Shown here one piece after another: positions 11,373-24,740 of a DNA stretch of 43,213 bases. The DNA comes from Octopus bimaculoides (Eukaryota): NCBI RefSeq assembly GCF_001194135.2, contig NC_068983.1, positions 80,432,633-80,475,845 of the forward strand, written 5' to 3'. Below the pieces are notes generated by a model, which was not told where the DNA came from, made no database searches, and was given only the letters and a program-made list of their open reading frames with translations. Made by a program: the position numbers and the translations under genes. How positions within the stretch are numbered: the stretch's first letter is position 1; each line of letters starts with the position of its first letter.

Positions 11373-11794
11373 TTTAGTTTTAGTTAGTTTTAGTTTTACT
11401 TGTTTCAGTCATTTGACTGTGGCCATGCTGGACTACCGCCTTTAGTCGAGGAAATCAACCCCATGACTTATTCTTTGGAAGCCTAGTACTTATTCTATTG
11501 GTCTCTTTTGCCAGACCCCTAAGTTACGGGGATGTAAACACACCACCATCGGTTGTCAAGCGATGTCGGGAGGACAAACACAGACACACAAACATATACA
11601 CACACATGCATATATATATATATTTATAGAAATATACGATGGGCTTCTTTCAGTTTCCGTCTACCAAATCCACTCACAAGGCTTTGGTCGGCCCAAGACT
11701 ATAGTAGAAGACACTTGCCCAAGGTGCCACACAGTGGGAATGAACCCGGAACCATGTCGTTGGTTAGCAAGCTACTTAGTACACAGCCACTCCT
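11373..11794 (-). mobile_element. tRNA-derived SINE, head A + internal microsatellite + tail B (full length)
   Basis: On the minus strand: tRNA-like head (ggagtggctgtgt...ggttccgggttcattccc), a (TA/TG) block, then tail B ending in gtaaaa-type repeats. Same architecture as 29838-30216. Confidence 0.9.
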
Positions 11795-13020
11795 TATATA
11801 TATATAAGTATGGCATTATATATCTCTATTTGGTTGAGACTACCTGACTAAGTGAATAAATAGGAGATGGTGTATAATGACAATAGGAACATGATGATTG
11901 GTTAAAGTAATTGAGAATATAATCATGAAAAGTAATTGGAGTGGGCGTGATGGTGGTAAAGGTGAGAGTAATATGGTAGAATTATAGTGCAAGAGGGAGT
12001 AGTAGAAGTGAGGCAGTAAAGGCAGGTATTTGCATGTTACTGTGTGTGAGATTGAAATAGATAGAGAGTAATAGAAATGACTGAGAGTAAGAGAGAGTTT
12101 CTGATATCAACTATGATGACTGGTCTAGAGGTTGAGAGAATGTTGGCTGGCAGCACAGAAATGGTGATGGTACTGTGTATCTGATACGAACAAATCTGAT
12201 CTGATCCTTCATATATAGGCGTCTTGATGAAAAGGAGATAGCGTGATGAAGACTGGTAGAATACCCTCAGGTCCTATGCTATCCCTTCTTACATAGTGTG
12301 TGCACAAGCTCATACACTTGTCCATACATACACACACGTTCACACTTACACATGCATTAACACCTGAATATTTTGAATACTGACTCAAATCTTATTTTGC
12401 AATTGATAATTTTATTAAAAGAATGACCTGCATAATTACCTGCAATTGATTAGGAATTTACTATTTTGTGATATTTTCTCCTCTCATTTTATATTTACCA
12501 GATATATCCAGAAAGGCTAATGCTGTGTTTTATAGTGTGAAAAAAGATCAAGTTTTGTGCTGGCTTAGTTAGCATTAAATAAGATCTGTGTTTTTATCAT
12601 GGCTTGTGTATAAGAGAAATTGTCTTCCAAATCTTTCTCTTTCTATAGAATTTGATTTGTCTGATTTTCTGTTTCATTTCTCTCTAAGTGAATTTGAAGT
12701 TGTCTCTACTCTTAGATTATGTTAAACATTACATAGTGTAAGAGAACAAGTATGTGATTCAGTTAACAAACAACCAGCTGCTCTCTATATTTATATGCTG
12801 TTATTGTAAACAAACCATATTAGTATTACAAAATAATCTGTAGCCTAACAGTGCTGAGAAATAATGCAATGCTTGTATCAGGATTAATAAATATATCAAG
12901 GTGTAACCTATGGACATGGATTTGAATATATATGTCACCAACTTTATTTTCTGATTTTTTGACTTGCACATGTCATCCAAAATATATACCACTAAATTCT
13001 TTTCAACAATATTCATATAT

Positions 13021-13312
13021 AGGGCACATGGCCTAGAGGTTAGGGTGTTGCACTTATGATTACGAGATTGTGGTTTCAGTTCCTAGACTGGGTGGTGTGT
13101 TGTGTTCATGAGCAAAGCACTTCATCTCACATTGCTCTGCGATGACTATGACACCTGATGTGTGGTACACTGTGCATCTGTAGAGGCAACATCAATTTGA
13201 TGGAGGGAGTCACCAGATGTATGGCACATACTTTTGATCACTAGAAGCATATCATTTGTGCAGCTTGTTCGGCAAAAGCTGAACACTTTCGATGGGAGCA
13301 TCCATTATCTAT
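13021..13312 (+). mobile_element. tRNA-headed CORE-like SINE
   Basis: Head ggcacatggcctagaggttagggtgttg...ggtttcagttcctagactggg, then ttcatgagcaaagcacttcatctcac. Homologous to 42861-43099. Confidence 0.8.
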
Positions 13313-13351
13313 CATATATATATATATATATATATATGTATATCTATATAA

Positions 13352-13400
13352 ACATTATATATGTTTGTAGTACCAATTATTTTTTCCTCTCCCTTGAACC
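13352..13400 (+). repeat. 49-bp direct repeat, copy 1
   Basis: 45/49 identical to 14046-14094. All four differences are transitions. Confidence 0.9.
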
Positions 13401-13601
13401 ACTTCCTTTTAAAATCCAACCCTCATTCTCAACATCATCCCTTCCCACTTTATCTTTCACTGATCAGTCCCTCTCTCTGCCTCCAATTATCTCTCTCTCC
13501 TTCCCTCTCTAAACTACATTTATCTCCTCTATAGCAAGGCATCTGTAAGGCACTTGTACCTGTCTTTCTTGTCATCTTTTATATAAAGCCATGTTTCTTG
13601 C

Positions 13602-13642
<41 letters not shown>

Positions 13643-13660
13643 GTTAAAGATTGTCATACC

Positions 13661-13700
13661 GGCCATGACGAAGGGAAATAGCCCTGAAACTCGAGTCGCC
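13661..13700 (+). ncRNA. Minimal type I hammerhead-ribozyme-like motif (probably decayed)
   Basis: ggc-c-a-UGACGA, stem II AGGG-aaauag-CCCU, GAAA-C-ucga-G-UC, then gcc pairing with 5' ggc. The core deviates from CUGANGA at C3. Confidence 0.6.
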
Positions 13701-14007
13701 TTTATATATATATATTTATATTTATATATTTATATATTTGATCCTTTATATTGAACACTCAATATTTCATCTACATTCAATACTTTATTTCATGGTGCCA
13801 TCCATTTTTATTTTATTTTATATTATATATTGTATATTATATTATATATTGTATATTCCATATTCTATACCCCACATTAGTTCTGCAGGAATATAAATAA
13901 AACATAAAAAACAGACAGTGTTGGAACTCTTTTAAGCAAAATAATATATTCCTCTATACACAATCATACAAAAAAATCCACCTTTTTTTGTATTTATTTT
14001 TACTCGC

Positions 14008-14040
<33 letters not shown>

Positions 14041-14045
14041 TACAT

Positions 14046-14094
14046 ACATTATATACATTTGTAGTACCAGTTACTTTTTCCTCTCCCTTGAACC
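14046..14094 (+). repeat. 49-bp direct repeat, copy 2
   Basis: 45/49 identical to 13352-13400. Confidence 0.9.
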
Positions 14095-14117
14095 TCAGTT
14101 GAGAAGTTTCCTTCTTT

Positions 14118-14342
14118 GTCTTGTGAGTTATTTGGCAATCCCATGATCTGTCGTCATTAAAAAATGCATTCAGTATACTATATAAAGTGGTTGGTGTTAG
14201 GAAGGATATCCAGCTATAGAAACCATGCCAAAACAGACATTGGAGCTCAACACAATCCTCTAACTCACTGGATCCTTTTAAAGTGTCCACCTCATACCAG
14301 CATGAAAGATGAATGTTAATTGATAATGATAATGATGATGAT
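14118..14342 (+). mobile_element. Degraded SINE/LINE fragment with RTE-type 3' tail
   Basis: aaagtggttggtgttaggaaggatatccagctatagaaaccatgcc...ccagcatgaaagatg followed by a (GAT/AAT)n tail. Confidence 0.8.
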
Positions 14343-16427
14343 ACTTTCAATTAGTAAATTATTTATGGTTTTTGTCTTTCCTTTTTTCTTAGCTTTCTTT
14401 CCTTTCAAATATTCTTTTTCTCTAATGTATCACTGTTAATAGTAATTTTTTTTCGCAACTGTGATTATTTTATAAAATCTTTTTCATGTTTTATTTTGCA
14501 AAACCTAATTATATTTCATATAAATCCATGCTGCATTATTTGCTACTCTTTACGTTATTTAGGAGGAGGCATCACTTATCAGGTTTATTGTATTTTTATT
14601 TCTTGCAAATCTGATTTATATTCTAAGAGGGTAAAGTAAAAACATTTGAAATACAGTTTCTGTATCAAATATATGAAATATCCAACACTGCTTATTTATT
14701 AGCTAGATGAATTCTTGTAACATCTATATTTTGAAATAGCTATCAGATATACCTGAATGTGTAAAATGGTTTTGGCTGTAAATTAAGAGTAACTTCAAAT
14801 GACTGCCTGAGTGGAAAAAAAATTAAGATAAATATTAACTTATGTTATCTTAAGCATTCAGTAATAGTTAAGCTTTACTTGCTGGAAGATCATCCACAGG
14901 GTATGAGTATACTTCTTCTTTGGAATAATGTTCAAACTTTATAGTATAGTGTGACATTTTAACTCAGTTGAATTTTTCAATCTATGAAGTTATTAAAAGT
15001 GATTTAAAATTTTTTCAATTAGATATTTTATTGATGATATATTGTCTCCTGAATCAAACAATGCTATAATACACATACTGAATCAGATATTTATTTTTGT
15101 ATTTTAAACTAAGTTTTTCTGTTTTTACGAAAAGTATTTCGCATCTAATGTAGGGTTTGTGGAAAGAATATTTATGTAATGCAAATATTTATAAGAAATT
15201 TAAACATGGATAAAGAATCAAAATATGTTCTAAAATAATAAAATGAGATGTAGAAAGTTTCTTTTCAGTGAATATTTTTGGAAAATAAGACAGTCTTTCC
15301 ATTACACTTACTGATTTATTTTAAAAAGTTAATCTAAAATACATTTGCCAAGACACAAAAAGAACATCGAGCAAATGTGTTTTTGTAATATAAAGAAATA
15401 TATTCAAGATAAAAGATAAAATTTTGATACATAAAAATTTATATACAAGTAGGAAAAAAATGTATGAAGGCATTAGAATTAAAGTAAAAAGAAAAAGTGC
15501 AAATGTCTATTCTCTCAATAATTTCAAAATTACTTCAGTGTATTTCAGTTTTGATTGCTTGTAAAAATAGAAGTTACAAATATTCTCTTCTTGTTAACAT
15601 TGTTAATTCCCTACTTCCTGCTTAAAATTTAACAACAAGAAATGATATCTTTAAAAATGAAATTCTAAAAAGTATTCTTTGTTAGATATCAATTATTAGT
15701 GATTGACTCACAATTAATATTTCTTCAATAATACTGATATACTTTTTGTCACAGAAATAAATGAATAAAAATAGAAAGTGTTGGCGATTTCTATATTAAA
15801 ATCTGTGGAATTATATATCTAAAACATATTAGACTGGCCAAAAGATGTTAAATACCTATTCTAATATATACTTAAAAAATATTCATATATTTGGTATTAA
15901 AATTCTAGAAATTCTTAATGTTAATAATAATTTGAAATTTTGTTAATAAAAATTTAATTCCATGTTTCTGGTCATTTAATTTCTATCTGAATAGAATGTA
16001 ACTTAATCTTTTTATTAGAAATTATATGAGTTAATGTCTTCATAGATGCAATATTTGCAGATTTTATAAAATCCATTTTACAAAATTTAAAGAATTTTTA
16101 TATATCTCTGTTGGAACAGAAAGTGTATGACTAACTGTAAAAGATATAGAAATCATATTTCTACAAGCTTCAGTGATAAAAATAAAATGAAGAGAAATTA
16201 TATTAGTCTAAAATGATGTCAGTGGGATATGAAGTAAATCTATTCCCTTCTAGTAGATCTGATTGCATATTTTTTCATTTGAATAAGAAAATAATATGGA
16301 TTTAGAATGTTCAGGTTAGTTGTTAATTTATTAAAATAATTCAACAGAAAACACTTTTTTTTCATTTTATAAATATCTGAATAAGTATTTCACTGGGTAC
16401 ATCAAATATAGCATTCACTTGTGCACA

Positions 16428-16502
16428 TGTTTGTGTGTGTGTGCATGTGTGTGTATGTATGTGTGTGTGCATGTATGTGTGTGTGTGTGCATGTGAGTGT
16501 GT
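16428..16502. repeat. (TG)n/(CATG) microsatellite
   Basis: Directly visible. Confidence 0.85.
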
Positions 16503-19500
16503 AAAATTTAGGTAGGCAAATAGAGTCGAGAAAAAGAGAAAGAAATAAAAAAGACATAACGGATGCAGTACTTATGAAGGCAAATTCATATTTTCAAATG
16601 GTGTTATATCAAATATGCATTACTTAAAATACTATTATTTGTTTTCTTAAACAATAGATTTTAAAGCTAATTGTTCTTTCTCCTAACCATTTGACCATAT
16701 GATTCTACAGCTGAGAATCATAAAATGTTTCAAGTTTCATGTAGTATAAGATATGCATGTATACATGTATGTCCATATGTAAGTGTGTATGTAAAATGAG
16801 TTGTACTATATATGTTTTAGGTATTTGAGAATTAATAATATGACTATGGTGTAACTGTTCCAAAGAGTTTTTATTGTAGCTTATACTCCCAATTAAATAC
16901 TATACTCAAGAAAACATACGATACTCAACACAATATAAAGTAACTTTGACAAAACCTCAGAGAAGAAGCATTTGTAGTTGAGAAAGCTTGCATAATGTTC
17001 TTCCCTCACAGTATTTGAAAAAAGATAGTGGCATCTTTTGTCATGTGGTGAATAAATTGATGTTTCTACATACAATAGTAATATAATAGTAGTTTTTCAC
17101 CCAAGATTTTCTAACTTAGGAACTTGACTTTTATGATATCAGCTAGTGTTTATAACTATTATGTTTGTGCGTGTTCCAGTATTTTGAGTATGTTTCACTT
17201 AATATCAAGATTTTCAACGTGAAGCCTAATATAGAGTTGTCTCCTTCATGTTTTTTCTGTCATTTTATGTTTAAAGTCTGAATTAATGAATTATCATATC
17301 AGGTGTTATGTAATGCTACTAATCACCTTACTATTACTGTCATAGTTTGTATATGAGACTATGGCTGTCATAAAAATTCAGCTGCAGTATTTTATCTGTT
17401 GTTTTCTATTTTTTTAAGTGCTAGGTGAATTTTCTATATTACCTTTAACTATTATTTTCCTTTAGTTAGTGTCTGAAATAGTAACAAGAATTTTAATACT
17501 GGTTTGTAAATACACATTTTACATGCTTACTTTTTCATTCTTTTACTTTCCAAAGCCTTCTATCATAGAAGACTCTTTCTTACACAACATAATCCTAACA
17601 AAGTTTACATATTAACAAGAATATATAATCTTATTTCAGACAATGTTCTTTATTACACCAAATGTAATTTGTTTCAAAAGTATTTTATAGGAACAGATGT
17701 ATCATAATAATAAATAATTTGTTAATTTTGTAATTTGTAACTATGTGAGTTTTTAACATAAGATATAACAAACTATTTCTAAAATTTTAACAACTAAAAA
17801 TATAGTAAGTTATTGATGTTAGTGTTTGTTTTCAATAATTAATTACTGATTATGTAATTTTCTGTATACCTGTTATGGATTGAAGTACTCCATAGTAATT
17901 ACATGTATTTTCTATTCTATAGTGATTTAAGTGCAACACTTGTTTTTCATCAATGTTCAATAACTTGATAACTTGATTTTCCATTATTAAGTTGTTCAAA
18001 ATATTTTAAGAACTTCAAAATTTTAAACTTTCCTTTCATGCACCTTTAAGTAGAAATACAAGAGCAATTTTTATTGTCTTCTCTCATTATATTCTTTTTA
18101 AATAGTAATCTATTTGACTGAAGGATAATTGATTGCAAGGACCAAATGAATCAATTTACAAAAGCAACACAACTTGATCTAGAAAAATTTTGTATGAGTG
18201 AAAAGAGAATAATGCATTCATTTGTTTTATTAGGGTCAAATATGGATATAGAAAGGACAATCACAACCTCGAGTAGATCTCCCATTTTAAAAATGTGCAC
18301 TTTAAATATTAAAATAAAAAAAACAAACATATAAAAAATATAAATGGTATTATATTTTCATAAAATAGATTTTATTAATGCATAATCAGAAACTATCAAA
18401 TGATTTTTCCTAATTGAAATTTATTCAAATAATAGTTGCATTTCTATTTCAATCAACATTTATAACTTTTGTCTCCTAATTTAACATTTATATGAAATTT
18501 TTATCAAAGAATACAATAACATTACATAAACAACACATCAGGATAAAATAAAATGTATAATGTCTATTTCTTAAAATTTTGGAGAGTAAATCTTAAATAA
18601 AATAAAAGCATGAATTTATTTTAAAAATTAACATATTTCAATTTGAACATACACAACTTTTTATGCATTTATATTGCACAAATGATGGTTATATAAGCAT
18701 GTTGAAAAAAAGCATTAAAATGGATTGTACCAATTACACTACCCATATCTGTGCTAACTTTTGTAAAAGGATCTTATTTTGATTCTATTTAGGGCAAATA
18801 TATGAATATTTTATTCATATTCTTCAATGACCTTTAGTAATAGTTTTGTAATTTATTATTTTGTTGTTGAAAGCTAATGTGTTTATATAGTTTTGAATGC
18901 ACTTCAAACAACCATACTATTACAATAAAAAAAATATTCATGCCTCTTATCCTTATGGTACAGGACATTAGCAAATCTTTTGTTTCTGTCTAAAGTAAAC
19001 TTTAAATCTAACTTTTCGTCTTTTTCTCCCTGATACTGTTTCATGTTAACACTTTTTTTACATTCCTTTCTGGCCTGTCACTTTACTATTATGTTGTGTG
19101 CTATCTGGCTCCAATCAAAGAACTGGCTATTGGTTTGCCTGATATGGTTGGTACTAGAAAAAAAACAAAAAAAACCATTTCTCTTCTATGCTTTATCTTT
19201 CTATCCTTTCTTATCTATCAAAGTAAGCTTCATAGTTTTGCTAACTATCAGTTATTCCCTTTGGAAGGCTATTTAAACTCCCACACCCTTATCCTTGTTG
19301 AAATTTGTGTTATAATCTTCCTTATTTTCTATCTGATCTTGCTTATCTCTCATCTGTGATAGGAGACACATTCCTAACCAAGAAGAGATACAGCATGTGC
19401 TATAGATTATCTCTGTTTTCCTGGTCATGATGCAGTGGCATTGGGCAGCATTTTACAATTGTGTTTTTTTTTTCTGCTGGTATAAGTTACATGAGTCTCA

Positions 19501-19641
19501 TCACTTGCTGTAGTGCACATCATGTGTCACATGCAGTAGCAGAAAAAATGGGTCCATTTTATGTTACTGGTTCTAGAGAGGTTGTCCCATGTAGGAGGAC
19601 TAGACAGTTTCCTCTACCCTGTATCCGTTTTTGTTCAGAGT

Positions 19642-19680
19642 TAACCATTTTATCATGCTACCAGCATGATAAAATGGTTA
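19642..19680. repeat. Perfect 18-bp inverted repeat with 3-nt spacer
   Basis: taaccattttatcatgct-acc-agcatgataaaatggtta. Confidence 0.95.
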
Positions 19681-20063
19681 TTCCATGTGGAAGAACTAAT
19701 GAGTCTTCTCTTCTCAGTATTGGTTCTTAATCTCATATAGGTGTGTGTGTGCATGTGTGTGCACATGCATGTGGGGGGGGGGTGTAATGCATGCAATGTA
19801 TGTGCATGCATGTGTGTGTAATGCATGCATGCAATTGACAAAGATGGGATTTCTTTTTATGTTGCTATTAACTAACAGAGCAAACTAGGTGCATTTAACA
19901 TGTCTTATTCACTATTTATTATATGTATTTATTGCTTGTAATTATTTCTTAGTGGTTAGTTTCCTAGACAAGACATATTCAATGTGTTGCAAAGAATTTC
20001 ATTTTTACTATATGGGTCCAAAGAAATTTGTCTTTCCAACATCAGGGATTGTTTGAACTGTTC

Positions 20064-20405
20064 ATCCAGAAAAGAATCTCTCAGTTGCTTGGCATAAAGT
20101 TACTTACAGAAACATTCTAGCCTCTAGTTGATGAGTATGAAGTTTCTTCTTTCTGTTTTTTTCTACCACTACTATAATGGCCTTTGCATCTTGGAGCTGG
20201 ATGAGCTCGTGTTACCTTCATTTAGGCATTCCTAATCCACTTATCTCTCCTTCTCTCAGCACTCTTATGTTCAACACCTTGTGTCCTGCACTAATCCCTA
20301 TGCTTAGACATTCTCCCTAGAATGTCTGCCATCTGGGACTCCCTCCTTTTCATGTCTTTCCTACAGGTGTTGATTTGCATGGCATTAATCTCACTCATCT
20401 TAGAG
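20064..20405 (+). mobile_element. CR1-type LINE 3' remnant
   Basis: Translates across stops and frameshifts as IQKRISQLLG...*PL...VSSFCFF / FYHYYNGLCILELDELV / PRMSAIWDSL, which is the CR1 ORF2 C-terminal motif series (IQKRA..LQPL..SLFYRYY.G.CS.EL..FFPRT..LWNSLP). Confidence 0.7.
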
Positions 20406-23222
20406 GGCATATGAAGGCCATGAAAACTACCTCTTCCTCTCGAATCTTTAAGTAAAAAAATATTATTTCTTGCTTAGAAGCAAAGTATCACACAAATGGA
20501 TATGGGACAGGAAATTGTTAATCAAGAGCTAGAGACTGTAATAATTGTCATTAAATGATGATTAAGCTCTTGATATTGTGTAATCTTTAAATATTGATAT
20601 TGTTTGACAATAGAATAAAATGAATCAAAACAGCTTCATTGCATTTCAAATTATGTTCTTTTTATATCTAAAATACAAACATCAAGAACCACCAAAAAAT
20701 ATTTACATGAAGTTATGATTAAGTATATGATAAAATAAATGATAGAGCTAGAGACTTTTGTTGTTATGTTACAGGTATTGAATATACCAAGTTAGCTAGA
20801 TTAGAACTGTGGCATTAAGGTAAGTAGTGAAACATTTGCAAGTTATTCATTCAACTACTACACAATATATACTGTTTTGTTTTAAAGAATCATACTGCCC
20901 ATGTCCATCTGAAATTGGTCAGTCATGTTAGGTAATGGACTATGAACACTGCTCCACCTTACCAGATTAAGTAATAAAAATGTCAGAAAATTATGATTGG
21001 GTTGAATTGAAAAAGAAACAGAGTTCAACTCATTCCAGCTCTTACACTCAGTAAAGGCTGACTTGGAGCTTCAAAATAACAACCCTTGCAGAATGATGAT
21101 ATAAATTAAAGCATTCAACTTCCTTTATAACATTACATACGATTTAAATGTTCAGAAACTTCAAGAAATTTGACTTTAAAACAACACATTAGTGCATGAA
21201 CCAATTCAAAAAATATTGTATAGATAAAAATGGTAATGATTATGAAAAAATACAAAATATGGATTGAAAACAATGGAATCTATAATTTTCAATAGCATTC
21301 TTCTGTTATTTTAATAAGAAACATTTTTTAAGTCCAAAATTTCTGAAAATAAATATAGTACTAGAATAATAAATATAAAATGGATCTTAAATTTTATAAA
21401 AATTCAAGTAAAAGTAATCACTATAGTATTTTCCATTTCTTTTAGAGAAACAGTTTCATACTAAATTTTTATTGAGAATTTCATCTGAAGATAAAATACT
21501 TTTTTATAAATCTAAATTCTATTCATTTAAAACATGCATACATTATTTCTGAAACTAAATAAGCAAAGTCACTAAAATATGTTGTAATTAATCAGACTAT
21601 TTTTTAAAGATGTGAATAGATTTGTAACATTTTTAATACCAATGTACGAATGAATTCTTAATTTCTTCTATCACTGCACGCCCTAGGTACATTATGATAA
21701 AGCTTTCTCACCTTTGCACTGTGAAAGAATAGAGAATGTTATAAACTGTCACACTTTTTAAGAGTAATCAATCTTAAAAAGGATTTAAAAAAAACTTATA
21801 AAGAAATCAGCACTTAACATTAAATAACTGAGCACGTACGATAACACATCTATGACATGCTCATGTAATAATTACATATAATTTTCTGTTTAGATAACAT
21901 TTCAATGTAACTGACTTAAAACAAATTGTGAAGAAGAAATCTATTTCATGAATATTCAGTGTTATTATTTATATCTTTGGATTTCATTATATTTCGAGAT
22001 AAATGGACATTTTGGAGCATTTCTGTCAGCTATTATTACAATCTGCAAATATGGAACCAGTAATGCATTTTTAATAACGTCTGCAAAAAGATTCCATCAT
22101 GCATTATGCTATGAATAATTTGAATTCAAAATCTATAGTTAATTTAAGTTATCTCACAAACATATGTTTAAAACCTGCAAAACGAAAACAGGAATACAAA
22201 TATAAGTACTAACTATACTTTCTTTCAAATTATTTTCTATAAAAATGAGGTAAAAAAATATTTTTACTTAAATTTAAGTTTTAGCATTTGTTATTGACAA
22301 TGGTAAACAATTTTTCTCTAAGTTTGCTTTCTTTTGTTTTATTTCAGAATTTATTCTCATTAAATTAATGATTATCTAAGTCTTCAATTAATTGAAAATA
22401 TAATTTGTCGAACATTTGAAAATTGAAATATTATCAAGTGATACTGGTATTTATAAGTTTAAAAAAAAAATTTTCTTATAAATTCCTATACTTGGAAAAT
22501 TATTACCACAGCATTTAAAAAGGTATATATTAAAGGTTTTATTTGAAATGCTATAAAACTGTTTCTTAGTTTTCCAATAAAACTTTAAAAAAAAAATCTT
22601 TGAATCAAACATTATTTTGAATTTAATGAAATTTGTATATTGCTTTTACATATGAAGTCAAATTCGAATGGATTATTATCATCTTTGAATCACTCATTTA
22701 ATAAAAGAATTAGTCATGATTTTATTAAGTACCTATCATTTGTCATAAGAATCTGAATTTAAAAGTTTATTAAACTTTTCAGCATATTGAATTCAGAATG
22801 TAAAAGTCTTCTTTAATTTCAATCTCCTACAACATAATCTTGGTAAGTTCAAATATAAATTACTTAGAGGGAAACTCCTTGTACTTATTGAGTACAGTCT
22901 AAGTTGTAGTAAAGAGTAATAAAAAACTCATTCAACATAATAGATGATAATCTCAATTTACAGCAAAAAATAGGAAGATTAATGTACATATTTAAATTAA
23001 GAACACAATGCATACATTTTTCTGTCACATTCAGTGACTAACTAATTGAATAAATGTTTACAGCTGCTAAAAGTCAAAGAAGCTAAACAGCATGATGAGT
23101 AAAGGATAGATTTTGGTATTGTATATCATAAATAAACTGACAATAGAACTGTGAAGTGGTGCTTAAATTTTAAGTAAAATCTGTTCTAAACCATTAAATT
23201 ATTTTCAAACTTAACAAAACCA

Positions 23223-23434
23223 TACTCTCTTTACTCTCTTTTACTCTTTTACTTGTTTCAATCATTTGACTGCAGCCATGCTGGAGCACCGCCTTTAGTC
23301 GAGCAAATTGAACCCAGGACTTATTCTTTGGATGCCTAGTACTTATTCTATCGGTCTCTTTTGCCGAACTGCTAAGTTACGGGGACATAAACACACTAGC
23401 ATCAGTTGTCAAGCGATGTTCGGGGAACAAACAC
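23223..23434 (-). mobile_element. SINE tail-B module only (5'-truncated)
   Basis: Matches 11395-11585 and 29845-30032. (AAAAGAGT)-like tail at 23223-23252. Confidence 0.9.
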
Positions 23435-24740
23435 ATTACATTAAATAATATATTTTGTCTAATTCCATGAATGTGTATGTTATTCTTCATTGAGCACTCC
23501 ATCTGTGTAATTTAACACCTGATTACTATTGCTAGCTCATTCTTTTATTGTTTCAAATTGACATTTTCTGTAATTCAGCTCTTGGCTAAAGGAAAATTCA
23601 TTACATTTTAAACCTATAGTTAACTAATGCAGGTGTGGTTAGGTATTTTGCTGTTCTTGGTTGATAAATTTAATCTTCTCACCTTGGATTTTTTTTAGTA
23701 AGCTTGTGGGCCGGGTCTCCAGTCTAAGTATAACTTTCTTCCTTCTTCCCACCTGTCTTGGAGACCCTGGAAAATGTAAGGGCATTGCTCTTACTCCTTT
23801 TACTGATTCATCTGAAACCTTAAAAAGATAACTACAGAATTGGTGCCACTATTATATTTCTTCATTCATGGTATCTTACACAATACTGTATCAGTGTTTA
23901 TGAAAAAAGACTATTGTCAGAGATGATGTCTAGAAACTTATAACAAATTTATTTCTTTTAAGTTTTATTTCTTCCATTTAGTTTTTTTACTTCTTTAGTT
24001 TGTTTTACCCTTCATGGCTAAGGCTATACTGGAGAATTGACTTCATACTGGAACACAACTATAAGAATTTTTATAGTATTCTTATATTTATTTTTTTCCA
24101 AAAATTTCAATGAAATAGAATTATTGTATTTCTTAACCAACTTTAATTCTTGAATTATTAGAATATTTATTATGTCTATTAAAGAATAACTGTATGATTT
24201 CATGATATTTCATGATATAAAAAAGAGTTACAAATTTAAAGGACATTTTAGTACATAAGGAATGTATGGCATTATAGTTATTACAAATAATAACATGAGA
24301 GAAAAATAAATCAACTCACATTTACTTCATTTTCTTTATTGTTTGATATAATGAAAATTCTATTTTTGCTTAAAGAGTTGATAAGAAAAAGTGAGTTATT
24401 AGAATAGAATAATTGGTGGAAAGATTCCATGAGTCTTTCCCCAATTATGAATCAAGATCACATTTCAGTATCATCTTTGGACAGCAAAGTATAATTTGAG
24501 ATGAATACTGAAAGTTATCAGTACAATACGAAATGAATCTAAAGAAGACAAAATTAAACGTGAAAAGTTGAAGAACCTGCTTCTGTAGGAATATACCCTA
24601 AATGAGAACTTGTCTCAAAAATTCAGATTTGCAGTATCCTGATCCTAAAAACAGCTACATGAATAATATCTAATAAAGAGATTTAGGTGACCAAACAGAT
24701 GACAGATATTTAGTTAGAATACATTGCTATTATCTTCTAG

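Noticed and set aside
11810-12300. Purine-rich block, possibly a minus-strand Penelope GIY-YIG remnant
   Set aside because: Only a vague HHFCAASQHSL resemblance; no GIY/YIG motif was recoverable.
13021-13095. tRNA genes at SINE heads (also 43020-43099 and others)
   Set aside because: A/B-box-like sequences continue into SINE bodies and lack an intact cloverleaf or terminator.
18146-18334. 62-aa ORF MNQFTKATQLDLEKF...
   Set aside because: No motif and no convincing splice sites; expected by chance.
22783-22842. Strong acceptor and donor pair (60 nt)
   Set aside because: All three frames contain stops. The inner 46-nt alternative has a weak acceptor and no recognised homology.
23713-23768. 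10-bp GC stem gggtctccag/ttggagaccc
   Set aside because: Short stem with a long loop and no ribozyme or other RNA motif; plausible by chance.
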